Both the position numbers and the translations under genes were made by a program. This document shows, piece after piece, positions 1 to 9,658 of a stretch of 64,000 nt of DNA. The DNA is taken from the NCBI GenBank assembly GCA_963706955.1, contig CAVPOC010000002.1, positions 64,001-128,000 of the forward strand, written 5' to 3'. Under the pieces are notes generated by a model that was given only the letters and a program-made list of their open reading frames with translations, was not told the origin of the DNA and did no database searches. The number at the start of each line of letters is the position of its first letter. Position 1 is the first letter of the stretch. This DNA is from an uncultured Verrucomicrobiae bacterium. GTDB lineage: Bacteria > Verrucomicrobiota > Verrucomicrobiia > Chthoniobacterales > Terrimicrobiaceae.

Positions 1-208
1 GTTGCTGGCGATTGACCTCCACCAGGTCCACCTTCTCGGTTGAGGAAAATCGCACGTCGGCCGATTTTCCCGTGGTGATATAGCGAATGATGGCTTGGAC
101 AAAGGCGCGCAAATTGCCGGGCGTGCGATGCTGGACTTCGAGGACGATGGCCGGGTTCCCGTTGTAACGGATGGCCATGCCTTTGCGGAGATCATTTGCG
201 AGAGCCAT
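1..208 (-). CDS. efp: Elongation factor P, N-terminal part (runs off the window start)
   Basis: Manual translation from ATG at 208: MALANDLRKGMAIRYNGNPAIVLEVQHRTPGNLRAFVQAIIRYITTGKSADVRFSSTEKVD, matching the EF-P KOW-like N-domain pattern. Not in the ORF track because it is partial. Confidence 0.9.
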   Translation of the reverse strand, partial: MALANDLRKGMAIRYNGNPAIVLEVQHRTPGNLRAFVQAIIRYITTGKSADVRFSSTEKVDLVEVNRQQ

Positions 209-255
209 TGGAGAGATGATGGTGGATAAGTTTTAGCGGCGGAGAGGTTTTATAG

Positions 256-1227
256 CTAGAGGATTTTCAATCGTGAGAGGTCCTGCGAGTCGACTACTCC
301 AATAGGACGTTCCCCAGAGTCGACGACAACAATCTCGTCGATGCGGTGCATCTGTAAAACGTGAAGAACCTCCGCGGCAAGCTTGTCGCCTGAGATGGTG
401 ATTGGCTTGCGCGACATGAATTCGCCGACCGCACATCTGCCGATGTCCGGCGTCTGCGGAAAATGCCGCGCGAAATCGCCGTGAGTAAAGATTCCTTCGA
501 GGGTGCCGGCGGCGTCGACCACCACGGCCGCCCCGGCCCGCAAGGTGGTCATCCGTTTGATCACGTCGACGATCGGAGTGTCCGGCGAGACTTTCGCCAA
601 CTGATCCTCTCCACGCATGATCTGGTGGACCTTCAACAGGAGGGCGCGCCCGAGTCGACCGGCAGGATGGTAACGTGCGAAATCCTCCTTGTTAAATCCG
701 CGCGCCTCCAGCAGCACCATAGCCAGCGCGTCTCCGATGACCAGCATCGCGGTCGTGCTCGAAGTTGGAGCGAGATTCAATGGGCACGCCTCTTGGCTGA
801 CCCGAACATCCAGAACGACATCGCAGGCCATGGCGAGAGTCGAATTCACCGCGCCGGTAATGGCGATTTTTCTAATATTGAAGCGTGCCAGAGCAGGCAG
901 GATGTTGATGAGTTCATCGGTTTCTCCGCTATAACTGAAAGCGAGGACAACGTCCCCATCGCTAACTACGCCTAGGTCACCGTGAAGAGCGTTGAGCGAA
1001 TTGAGCACGACGGCCGGCGAGCCCGTGCTGGTGAGCGTCGCGGCGATCTTCTCACCGACATGTCCGCTCTTGCCGACCCCGAGAACGACAACCTTCCCGC
1101 GGCTTTCCACCGCCGATTTGATCAAATCGACAGCCTTTTCGAATCCGGCATCGAGGCGCGCCGCCACCGTTCGAACTTCGGCCAGCTCGATCTCCACCAC
1201 TTTGCGCGCCCGCGAAAGGTAATCCAT
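256..1227 (-). CDS. kdsD: KpsF/GutQ family arabinose-5-phosphate isomerase (SIS + 2 CBS)
   Basis: GVGKSGHVGEKIAATLTSTGSPA, HGDLG, EACPLNLAPTSSTT and YHPAGRLG motifs, with a C-terminal CBS pair. Confidence 0.92.
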   Translation of the reverse strand: MDYLSRARKVVEIELAEVRTVAARLDAGFEKAVDLIKSAVESRGKVVVLGVGKSGHVGEKIAATLTSTGSPAVVLNSLNALHGDLGVVSDGDVVLAFSYSGETDELINILPALARFNIRKIAITGAVNSTLAMACDVVLDVRVSQEACPLNLAPTSSTTAMLVIGDALAMVLLEARGFNKEDFARYHPAGRLGRALLLKVHQIMRGEDQLAKVSPDTPIVDVIKRMTTLRAGAAVVVDAAGTLEGIFTHGDFARHFPQTPDIGRCAVGEFMSRKPITISGDKLAAEVLHVLQMHRIDEIVVVDSGERPIGVVDSQDLSRLKIL

Positions 1228-1456
1228 GCTGCATTCTTAGAGCGCGACGACGGCTATTCAATACTGATCCTGCAACCGATTTGCGACCCTCGCAAAGCCG
1301 CCTCCATGTCGAACCTCGGTCGTCGCTTGAGATCTCCCCCGATCAAAGGAACGCGCGGGCTGTGTCCTGCGTCAGGCGAAGTGTCCCCTGCCCGACAGGG
1401 AGCAGCCCGATAGCACTGGGGTTGCATGGCCAGTCGAAAATGTTAGATTGGATAGT

Positions 1457-1753
1457 ATGAAGAAGACCATGAAAACGCTGATGATTGGGCTTCTCTCCGT
1501 TGGGACGGTTGCCGCACAAGAGTTTGTCGCCCCGGAGGCGGAGCGGCGTGAAGTTGTTCCCGCAGAACCCGCTGAGCGAGGGCCGAGCATTGAAGGAATA
1601 GTCAAGGAGATCTTCACGAAACGCCCTTGGCAGCTGGTGAACCCGGCCGCGCCTGCCGAATATGGCAGCGGGCAGAAAATGGTCTCTCAGGATTTTGGCC
1701 CCGGCACGCCTTATCACTCTACCGGACTGATCGTTGCCAGCGTGGAGTGGTAG
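1457..1753 (+). CDS. Small hypothetical secreted protein
   Basis: MKKTMKTLMIGLLSVGTVAAQE looks like a signal peptide. C-terminus is PWQLVNPAAPAEYGSG...ASVEW. Confidence 0.65.
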   Translation: MKKTMKTLMIGLLSVGTVAAQEFVAPEAERREVVPAEPAERGPSIEGIVKEIFTKRPWQLVNPAAPAEYGSGQKMVSQDFGPGTPYHSTGLIVASVEW

Positions 1754-1881
1754 CGAACTGAGCGATCTGAGGTTCATCCGACGCTGAGCGCTTGGGGCTA
1801 GCGAGCGCCTGTGTTCGGCGCTCCTTGAGTAGGAAGTGAAATTTCCGCGCAATTCGGCACTCGGTTTGCTAGTCCTAGGGC

Positions 1882-2481
1882 ATGAGTCTAGAAGCCCTAT
1901 TCGAATCGAATCGAAGGTGGGCTCAGCGGATGACCCAGATAGAGCCAGATTTTTTCGAAAAGCTGGTCGACGTTCAGACACCGAAATATCTTTGGATTGG
2001 CTGTTCGGACAGCCGCGTTCCAGCCAATGAAATTCTGGGGTTAAAGGCGGGAGAGGTCTTTGTTCACCGCAACGTAGCAAACGTCGTCAATCACACCGAC
2101 TTCAATTGCTTGTCGGTCATTCAATACGCCGTAAGCGTGCTGCAAGTAGAGCATATCATGGTCGTCGGGCACTACGGGTGTGGGGGTGTGCGCGCAGCGC
2201 TGCTGGATCAAGAGCTTGGGTTAATCGACAATTGGCTGCGGCACGTTCGCAGCATTTACCGACGACAACCGGAGCGTTTCGACGGTCTGATGCAGGAAGA
2301 CAAGGAGGATCTTCTGTGCGAACTCAACGTGCTCGACCAGACTCGTCACGTGGAGGAGACCAGTTTTGTCCAAAACGCATGGAAGATGGGTCAGCGACTA
2401 GAGCTGCACAGCTGGGTTTACCGACTCTCCGATGGTTTGTTGCACGATCTGCACTTCAAACCATTTTCCAGAAAGTCTTGA
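1882..2481 (+). CDS. can: Beta-class carbonic anhydrase
   Basis: Zn ligand motifs WIGCSDSRVP, FVHRNVAN and GHYGCGGV. Confidence 0.95.
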   Translation: MSLEALFESNRRWAQRMTQIEPDFFEKLVDVQTPKYLWIGCSDSRVPANEILGLKAGEVFVHRNVANVVNHTDFNCLSVIQYAVSVLQVEHIMVVGHYGCGGVRAALLDQELGLIDNWLRHVRSIYRRQPERFDGLMQEDKEDLLCELNVLDQTRHVEETSFVQNAWKMGQRLELHSWVYRLSDGLLHDLHFKPFSRKS

Positions 2482-2802
2482 AAGAGGACTTGTCGATCGC
2501 ACAGCTGGAAAACCTGAAACTGCTGCCGATGAATGTTCATCCGGCAAGCCTAGCTAACCACAGAGAACACAGAGGACACAGAGTTCTCAATCAACACGTC
2601 CCGGGTTGTGGGTCGATCAGCGATTCTCAGTCGATCGAACGCTTCTGGGTGTGATGTCCGGCATCCCGCCGGACAAGTCTTTAGCGCTACTGGTGGCAAT
2701 TGCTGCCGAAGTGTTCGCGAAGATTGGGTCAGCTTCTCCATTCGCTTCTGCCCCATTGAGCGAGCGCCCGGCGGGGGACGCGCAGGCTCGGTGCTTGAAC
2801 CC

Positions 2803-2866
2803 TTGTAGAGGCGGTTGTGTCAACCGCCTGATTTTCAACAGGCCCTTGACACGAGGGCCTCTACAA
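2803..2866. repeat. GTAG-type REP doublet (REPIN-like)
   Basis: TTGTAGAGGC...GCCTCTACAA inverted ends, with two internal hairpins: AGGCGGTTG-TGT-CAACCGCCT and AGGCCCTTG-ACA-CGAGGGCCT. Confidence 0.7.
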
Positions 2867-2894
2867 CTTTCCGGCTAATAAAGCGACGGGTGAG

Positions 2895-2957
2895 GCCCTC
2901 CTCATTAACTTCAACGTTTCATCCCTCAGAGACGGTCTAAAGCGTATTGTTCATGAG
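2895..2957 (+). pseudogene. C-terminal remnant of a GxxExxY (PD-(D/E)XK-like) protein
   Basis: Translates to ALLINFNVSSLRDGLKRIVHE, matching the family C-terminal GLLINFNVxxLKDGIKRxV pattern. No upstream ORF. Confidence 0.7.
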
Positions 2958-3026
2958 CTTTTGTGCTCTCGGTGCCCTCTGTGGTTGAATCCAATCGAGG
3001 CGGAGCCTGCTCAATTGAGGGAGCTG

Positions 3027-3446
3027 TCAGTCTCCGATTATTTTGACGAGGACCCTCTTTCGGCGACCGCCATCGAATTCGCCGTAGAAGATTTGCTCCC
3101 AGGGACCGAAGTCGAGCTTTCCATTGGTGATCGCCACGACGACCTCTCTGCCCATGATGGTGCGTTTAAGGTGGGCGTCCGCGTTATCTTCGCCGGTGTT
3201 GTTATGGCGATACTGCCGGTGTGGTTTTTCAGGCGCGAGGTGCTCGAGCCACTTCTCATAGTCCGCGTGCAGGCCGCTTTCGTCGTCGTTGATAAAGACA
3301 CTTGCCGTAATGTGCATGGCATTGACGAGGCAAAGACCTTCGCCAACTTCACTCTCTGCCAGACATTTTGCGATATCGTCGGTGATGTTGATGAGCTCTC
3401 GCCGCCTTGGAGCATCAAACCAAAGCTCCTTCCGATATGATTTCAC
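3027..3446 (-). CDS. yjbQ: YjbQ family (UPF0047) protein
   Basis: [20 protein letters not shown] and [15 protein letters not shown] motifs. Confidence 0.92.
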   Translation of the reverse strand: MKSYRKELWFDAPRRRELINITDDIAKCLAESEVGEGLCLVNAMHITASVFINDDESGLHADYEKWLEHLAPEKPHRQYRHNNTGEDNADAHLKRTIMGREVVVAITNGKLDFGPWEQIFYGEFDGGRRKRVLVKIIGD

Positions 3447-4333
3447 GGCTGCTCCGGATCGACACCCAGCTCGCTCAGGATGCGGTGGAGATCATCATTG
3501 CCGTAGTATTCGATGGAAATGCTTCCACGCTTTTCGGCATGGTGAATGACCACGCGTGTAGCGAGGCGTCGCGTGAGAAGATTTTGCAGGTTTTGGATAG
3601 CGGGAGAGAGCGTCGCTTCGTCTGATGAGGTGCGTTTGGAGGAAGGTTTTCCTAGTCGGGCAAGTTGCTGAGCAGCCAATTTTTCCGCCACCCGGACCGA
3701 GGCTCCCTGTCGCACAATCACATCCATGAGCAGCCGTTGTTCCTCGTGAGACTTGAGGGAAAGCAAGACTTTGGCGTGCCCAACGGAAATCCGCCCTTGC
3801 TTGAGGAGCGCTTGCGCTCCCGGGTCCAGGTCGAGCAGTCGCATCGCGTTTGCAATCGACGCTCGACTCTTGCCGACGCGCTTGGAGATCTCATCCTGGG
3901 TGAGGCCGAAATCGCGATGGAGCCGTTCGTACGCGCCGGCCTCCTCGATTGGATTGAGATCCTCGCGCTGGAGGTTCTCGATAAGCGCGAGCTCAAGCAC
4001 CTCGCGATCGCTTGCCGTGCGGATAATCGCTGGGGCTTCGGTGAGCTGGAGCTCGCGCGCGGCACGCCAGCGGCGTTCACCGGCGATAAGTTCGTACGTG
4101 TCGCCCACCTGCCGAACGATGAGCGGCTGAATGATGCCGCGTTCCCGGATGCTCTCCACCAATTCCTGGAGATGCTCGCTTCGAAACTCCTGTCGTGGCT
4201 GGAGCGGGCTGGGTGTAATCTGATTTAGCGGCAAGGGCTGGACGCGCTCGCCAAGCTCTTCCCTGGGGGCGGGAGCGGCGACGCGAGCGTTAATCAATGC
4301 GCTGAGTCCTTTGCCAAGTGCGGGTTTTGCCAT
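3443..4333 (-). CDS. parB: ParB/Spo0J chromosome partitioning protein
   Basis: N-terminal [47 protein letters not shown] and an HTH. Confidence 0.96.
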   Translation of the reverse strand: MAKPALGKGLSALINARVAAPAPREELGERVQPLPLNQITPSPLQPRQEFRSEHLQELVESIRERGIIQPLIVRQVGDTYELIAGERRWRAARELQLTEAPAIIRTASDREVLELALIENLQREDLNPIEEAGAYERLHRDFGLTQDEISKRVGKSRASIANAMRLLDLDPGAQALLKQGRISVGHAKVLLSLKSHEEQRLLMDVIVRQGASVRVAEKLAAQQLARLGKPSSKRTSSDEATLSPAIQNLQNLLTRRLATRVVIHHAEKRGSISIEYYGNDDLHRILSELGVDPEQP

Positions 4334-4401
4334 GGTAGATTTCAGATCGAGGCCAGATGTCAGAGTTGACTAATTGAACGCAGGACGCTGTTGATTTGGC
4401 A

Positions 4402-5070
4402 ATGCCGCTCTTCGATGTAGTTGATCTCTTTAATGACGAAACTGCCCGAAACGGCCCCGAACAAATGGCGCTCGACGAAGCGCTGCTCGAGATTACGCCA
4501 CGCCCATTACTGCGCATCTATCGATGGGCGGAACCGACTGTTTCCTTCGGATACTCGCTGCCTCTTGCGTCAGTGAGAGACCGTTTCCCCGGTCTGCCCT
4601 GCGTGCGCCGATGGACCGGCGGCGGAATCGTGGCACACCTCGACGATTGGACGTTCGCTCTGCTCGTTCCCTCGAGCGAGGCGCTGGCCAGCGTGCGGCC
4701 CATTCAGGCCTATCAGCTCATTCATTCGGGCGTTGCGGCGGCATTAACGAAGATCGGTTGCGCGGCACGTCTGGCAGAACCGTTCCATTGCGCCGATGGC
4801 CCCGCCTGCTTCACGTCTCCGGCATTACACGACGTGATTGGCGTTGGGGATCGTAAGCTGTGCGGCGGCGCGCAGCGCAGGACCCGCCGAGGGTTCCTGC
4901 ACCAGGGAAGCATTCAGAACGTGAAGCCACCCCGGAATTTTTCACGACACCTTCTTGAGTTGGTCGCCGGGAAAGCGGGCGTATTTTCCCTGTCGACGGC
5001 CACAGTCGCCAGGGCGAAGGCGCTGGTGGCCAATAAGTACGCAAGCCAGGCCTGGCTCGAGCGAGCGTAG
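4402..5070 (+). CDS. Lipoate-protein ligase A family (BPL/LplA catalytic domain)
   Basis: QMALDEALL, LRIYRW, VRRWTGGGIVAH, KLCGGAQRR and LHQGSI motifs. The start is uncertain (4396 or 4402). Confidence 0.85.
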   Translation: MPLFDVVDLFNDETARNGPEQMALDEALLEITPRPLLRIYRWAEPTVSFGYSLPLASVRDRFPGLPCVRRWTGGGIVAHLDDWTFALLVPSSEALASVRPIQAYQLIHSGVAAALTKIGCAARLAEPFHCADGPACFTSPALHDVIGVGDRKLCGGAQRRTRRGFLHQGSIQNVKPPRNFSRHLLELVAGKAGVFSLSTATVARAKALVANKYASQAWLERA

Positions 5071-5142
5071 CAGGGTTTTTGAAGCAGCAGAATCTCGAAA
5101 ATCTCACCTTGACCTTGCTGGCCGTAGGCGGACGATGCCAGC

Positions 5143-7230
5143 ATGGATTTTACGGATGGTTCCTACTTCATCAATCGCGAGCTGAGTTGGTTGGAGTTCA
5201 ACCAGCGCGTCCTCGATCAGGCGATTGATGAATCGAATCCGCTTCTCGAGCGCCTGAAATTTCTCTGCATTGTCAGCTCCAATCTCGATGAATTTTTCGA
5301 AGTGCGCGTCGCCGGTCTGAAGCAACAGCAACAGATGCACTCATCGGAAGCCGGCCCCGATGGTTTAACGGCCAGCGAGGCGCTCGCGGCAATTAGCCGC
5401 CGAGTGCGGCGGATGGTCGACGACCAATACGCGTGCTGGCGGGATCAACTCCAACCTCAACTCGAAGAACAGCGTCTCCGCTTTCACACGTATCCTGACG
5501 TTCCGCCAAGCGAGCAGGAGCATTTTGCCAAGTTCTTCACCAAGAGTATCTACCCGGTCCTTACGCCCCTGGCGATCGATCCGGCCCACCCGTTTCCCCA
5601 GCTTCTCAACAAGAGTCTCAACGTGATCGTCGAACTGGAGGGCGGCGAAGATTTTGGAACAGACATCGCGGTTGTCCAGGTGCCGCGGATCCTCCCGAGG
5701 GTCGTCCCGTTCGCGAAACAGGAGAACGGCGATGACTACGTGTTTCTCGGGCATATCATTCAGCACGATGTGGGGAGCTTGTTTCATGGTATGGAAGTCA
5801 AGGGAGTGCACCTGTTCCGCGTGACGCGCAACAGCAACCTCTACGTCGATGAGGAAGAAGCGCGAAACCTCCTCCATGCCATCGAAGCCGAGCTTCACAA
5901 GGTCAAGCGAGGAGCTGCCGTGCGACTTGAAGTCGAACACGATTGCCCTCAGCATACCGTAGAGCGCCTGCTGGATATCTTCAATCTCGAAGAGGAAGAC
6001 GTCTTCCGTATCGACGGTCCACTGAATTTCGTGCGCCTCATGCCGCTGGCGCTGCAAATAGATCGACCCGATCTTCGCTACAAGCGCTTTTCGCCGAACA
6101 CTGTCGTCTCACTCGAAACCGAGTCGGATATCTTCTTTCACATCCGTCGGGGTGACATTCTCTTGCACCACCCGTACGACAACTTTCAAACGGTCGTCGA
6201 TTTTCTGGCCCAGGCCGCAGAAGACCCCCACGTGCTCGCGATCAAGCAAACGCTCTACCGGACTAGCTCCGATTCGCCGTTTGTCCAGGAGCTGATCGAA
6301 GCCGCGCGCAACGGGAAGCAGGTCACCGTGGTGATTGAGCTGAAGGCGCGCTTTGACGAGGCCGCGAACATTAAATGGGCGCGGCTGATGCGCGAGGCAG
6401 GCGTGGACGTCGTCTACGGGGTTACCGGTCTGAAGACACACGCCAAGGCCACACTGGTAGTGCGCAGCGAGGGCGATGGGATTCGCAGGTATGCCCACCT
6501 CGGAACCGGCAATTATCATCCTTCGACAGCCAAGATCTATACCGATCTCGGGCTTCTCACCTGCCGGGAGGCTGTGACCGAGGAACTCGCCGAGACGTTC
6601 AATTGTTTGACGGGTGTATCGAAGTTTCCGGAGATGCACGAATTACTCGTGGCCCCCTTCAATCTCTACGACTCCTTGCAGCAGTTGATTGAAAGCGAAG
6701 TCGAGCATGCCAAAGCGGGTCGGCCAAGCGGAGTTTATGTCAAGGTGAATGCCCTCGTCGAGGAAGGCATGATCGAGGCTCTCTACCGAGCATCGGCAGC
6801 CGGCGTTAAAGTCCGCTTGATGGTCCGTGGAATGTGCGCCCTGCGAGTCGGTATTCCCAACGTCAGCGAAAATATCGAAGTGCGCAGTATTGTCGGAAGA
6901 TTTCTGGAGCACAGCCGCATTTTCCGGTTTGAGAATGGAGGCGATACCAAGGTCTATCTTGGCAGCGCCGATTGGATGCCCCGCAATTTGTTCCGTCGCG
7001 TCGAAACCGTCTTTCCGGTCGTTACACCGGGAATGAAGGAGCATGTGGACGAGATTCTTGAGTGGTTCTGGCGCGATAATGTGAAAGCCAAAGTGATGCA
7101 ATCAGATGGTGTCTACAAGCTACGCAATGGCAGCGAGCCGCCCTTCGACGCACAGGCGGAGTTTGTCGCCGAAGCTCAGCGGCGCCGCAAGAAGCGCATG
7201 GCGGCCGTGGCCACCGCAGCAACCAGCTGA
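5143..7230 (+). CDS. ppk1: Polyphosphate kinase 1
   Basis: NRELSWLEFNQRVL, HPFP, HHPYD, ELKARFDE, LKTHAK and GRFLEHSR motifs. Confidence 0.97.
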   Translation: MDFTDGSYFINRELSWLEFNQRVLDQAIDESNPLLERLKFLCIVSSNLDEFFEVRVAGLKQQQQMHSSEAGPDGLTASEALAAISRRVRRMVDDQYACWRDQLQPQLEEQRLRFHTYPDVPPSEQEHFAKFFTKSIYPVLTPLAIDPAHPFPQLLNKSLNVIVELEGGEDFGTDIAVVQVPRILPRVVPFAKQENGDDYVFLGHIIQHDVGSLFHGMEVKGVHLFRVTRNSNLYVDEEEARNLLHAIEAELHKVKRGAAVRLEVEHDCPQHTVERLLDIFNLEEEDVFRIDGPLNFVRLMPLALQIDRPDLRYKRFSPNTVVSLETESDIFFHIRRGDILLHHPYDNFQTVVDFLAQAAEDPHVLAIKQTLYRTSSDSPFVQELIEAARNGKQVTVVIELKARFDEAANIKWARLMREAGVDVVYGVTGLKTHAKATLVVRSEGDGIRRYAHLGTGNYHPSTAKIYTDLGLLTCREAVTEELAETFNCLTGVSKFPEMHELLVAPFNLYDSLQQLIESEVEHAKAGRPSGVYVKVNALVEEGMIEALYRASAAGVKVRLMVRGMCALRVGIPNVSENIEVRSIVGRFLEHSRIFRFENGGDTKVYLGSADWMPRNLFRRVETVFPVVTPGMKEHVDEILEWFWRDNVKAKVMQSDGVYKLRNGSEPPFDAQAEFVAEAQRRRKKRMAAVATAATS

Positions 7231-7314
7231 TCGCAGATCTCCGTAGACAGGCGCTTCGCAAATCGCGTCTAGGCAATTTGAGTTCGTCGCGGGCGAGAGT
7301 AATGCTTGGACTGC

Positions 7315-8604
7315 TTACGGGATGATTTCTGCTTCGATGAGGTCCGCGTAGGTTTGTCTTCTGCGAACCAGATGCGCGGCCGCGCCTTCGACAAGGATCT
7401 CGGGCAAGAGCGGCCGCGAGTTGTAGGTGGAGGACATCGCGAAGCCGTAGGCGCCCGCGCTCATCAACGCGATGCGATCTCCCTGGGCCAGGGGTGAGAC
7501 TGCGCGGTCCTGCGCAAAGAAGTCGCCGCTTTCACACACAGGTCCGACCACATCCATGATCAGTTGCTCGCCGTTAGGGCGCTCTCGAAGGGGGACAATC
7601 TCATGATAACCTTCGTAGAGGGCGGGGCGGATCAGGTCGTTCATCGCGGCGTCGACAATTGTAAAAGTTTTCGCGGGCGTTTCTTTGACATATTGCACCG
7701 TGCTAAGGAGGACGCCGGCATTGCCGACGAGGAACCGGCCCGGTTCGAAGAGGATTCGCATTCCCAGTGGCTGCAGGATCGGCAGGATGGCGGCGGCATA
7801 GTCTTCTGGGGTGATCCGCTTGGGATGATCTCTTGATTTCCACCATTCCGGATGGCCACTGGCTAGAGCCGGATCATAGACAATTCCTACGCCGCCTCCG
7901 ATACTGAAGAAGTCGATGCCATATTGATCGCGCAACGACCTCGCCAAGGGAACGAGCTTCGCCGCGGCCTCGGCGAAAGGTTGGGAATCGAGAATCTGCG
8001 AGCCGATGTGGGTCTGCAGACCACGCAACTGCAAGTGCGACAACTCCGCTGCGCGCGCGTAAACTTCCGCCGCACGATCAAGCCCGATGCCAAATTTGTT
8101 TCGGCTCTTCCCCGTGGAAATATACTTGTGGGTCTTTGCATCGACGTCCGGATTTACGCGGACCGCGACGGGTGCTTTCTTATCGAGCCGTTCGGCGATC
8201 GCGTTGATGCGTTCGAGCTCAGGCTCGCTTTCCACATTGAAGCAATGAATGCCCGCGCGCAACGCCTCGGCAATCTCCTCTTCGGTCTTTCCAACGCCTG
8301 CGAAAGTACAAAGGTCAGCGCGGCCGCCCGCTTTCAAGACCCGGAAGAGTTCTCCGCCGGAGACAATGTCAAACGCCGCACCCTCGCGAATGAGCAGGCT
8401 TAGGATTGCCAGGTTCGAGCAAGCCTTCACGGCATAGCAGATCATGTGATCCAAGGGCTGCAGCGCAGTGCGGAGCCGGCGGAAGTTGGTCCGGATGGTT
8501 TGGCCCGAATAGACGTAGACTGGCGTCCCGATTTGGTCGGCCAGCTTCTCAAGGTTCACGTCCTCGCAGTGGAGAACCTTGTCGCGGTACGAAAAGGAAT
8601 GCAC
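7315..8604 (-). CDS. lysA: Diaminopimelate decarboxylase
   Basis: YAVKAC PLP lysine, HIGSQI, EPGR, GPVCESGD and GAYG...YNSRP motifs. Confidence 0.96.
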   Translation of the reverse strand: MHSFSYRDKVLHCEDVNLEKLADQIGTPVYVYSGQTIRTNFRRLRTALQPLDHMICYAVKACSNLAILSLLIREGAAFDIVSGGELFRVLKAGGRADLCTFAGVGKTEEEIAEALRAGIHCFNVESEPELERINAIAERLDKKAPVAVRVNPDVDAKTHKYISTGKSRNKFGIGLDRAAEVYARAAELSHLQLRGLQTHIGSQILDSQPFAEAAAKLVPLARSLRDQYGIDFFSIGGGVGIVYDPALASGHPEWWKSRDHPKRITPEDYAAAILPILQPLGMRILFEPGRFLVGNAGVLLSTVQYVKETPAKTFTIVDAAMNDLIRPALYEGYHEIVPLRERPNGEQLIMDVVGPVCESGDFFAQDRAVSPLAQGDRIALMSAGAYGFAMSSTYNSRPLLPEILVEGAAAHLVRRRQTYADLIEAEIIP

Positions 8605-8691
8605 TGGACTTAGAGAATGCGAGCGCGCAGATCGCCTGTCAATCGAAGCGCCCCGGTGAGAGGTGCGGCGCTAGTGCTCCGGCTCAGACGA

Positions 8692-9657
8692 TCATTCGTC
8701 CATCCAACTGCAGTAGGTCTCGGTAATAGCCGTGGCAATATCGATGAGATGGACCTGCGTCTGGTCCAGGAATTGATGCAAGCCGGCTTCGAAGATAGCG
8801 CCGATGGTCGTGTAGTTCAGGTTCGAGCGCAGCATTCCGCAAAGACGCTCGGCTTCATTGCTGAAATAGCCTGCCTCACAACCGGAAATGCTATGCAGGG
8901 CATTGTTGAGCTGGTTGGCGCAAAAGCGTATCGAACGCGGAAACTCTCCATGCAGGATTAGGAACTCTGCGACTTGCCAACTGGAGACCTCGCCGACATT
9001 CGTCTTCAGATAGGCCTCGAGCGCACTGCACGATCGCAAAACCGCCATCCACTGGGTGATGTCCACATGGCCGCCGACCTGTTCTCCGCTCGGAAGCAAA
9101 ATATGATATTTGATGTCGAGCACGCGGGAGGTTGAGTCTGCCCGCTCGACATACTTGCCGAGCTGAAGGAAATCCCAGCCTTCGCCGTGGATCATCGTCG
9201 CATCGGAAGTTCCTTGAAAGGCATGCAACTTGTCGACGAGACCGCGATAAAAATCGATCGGGCTGTCTTGAAAGTCCGCTCGGGCCATGCCGTCGCGCAA
9301 ATAGAGAAAGGTGCGGTTGAGTTGCTCCCACATCTCGCTCGAAATCTGTTCACGAACGGTGCGGGCGTTTTCTCGGGCCCCCGCGATACAGGAGATGATG
9401 GCGTTGGGGTTCTTTTTCTCGAAGGTCACAAATTCCATCACCGAATCCGGCGTGATCTTCTCATGGTGGTTGCTGAAGAGCTCCTGATCCTCGAGAGTAG
9501 CAAGCACCGGCTGCCAGTGCTGAGGGAGCATGTTGGGATTTTGATCCTCGAAATCGAGCATCAGCTGCATGTTGACATCGAGGATTCGTGCATTGGTCTC
9601 TGCGCGCTCAATATAGCGGCTCAGCCAAAAACAGGAGTCGGCAACCCTCGCAAGCAT
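8692..9657 (-). CDS. Alpha-E domain protein (DUF403)
   Basis: Starts MLARVADSCFWLSRYIERAE and has a second ER motif (GKYVERAD), ARENARTVREQISSEMWE and FPRSIRF. The true start is ATG 9657, not the longer ORF. Confidence 0.92.
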   Translation of the reverse strand: MLARVADSCFWLSRYIERAETNARILDVNMQLMLDFEDQNPNMLPQHWQPVLATLEDQELFSNHHEKITPDSVMEFVTFEKKNPNAIISCIAGARENARTVREQISSEMWEQLNRTFLYLRDGMARADFQDSPIDFYRGLVDKLHAFQGTSDATMIHGEGWDFLQLGKYVERADSTSRVLDIKYHILLPSGEQVGGHVDITQWMAVLRSCSALEAYLKTNVGEVSSWQVAEFLILHGEFPRSIRFCANQLNNALHSISGCEAGYFSNEAERLCGMLRSNLNYTTIGAIFEAGLHQFLDQTQVHLIDIATAITETYCSWMDE

Positions 9658-9658
9658 C

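Larger units (their letters stand above)
2556..2986. repeat. Inverted pair of AACCACAGAG-(NN)CACAGAG 9-mer arrays enclosing a degenerate GxxExxY gene remnant
   Basis: Left arm 2556-2583 is AACCACAGAGAACACAGAGGACACAGAG. Right arm 2958-2986 reverse-complements to AACCACAGAGGGCACCGAGAGCACAAAAG. Confidence 0.75.

Noticed and set aside
3443..4333. parABS locus
   Set aside because: No adjacent parA, and I saw no parS palindrome by eye (not an exhaustive search).
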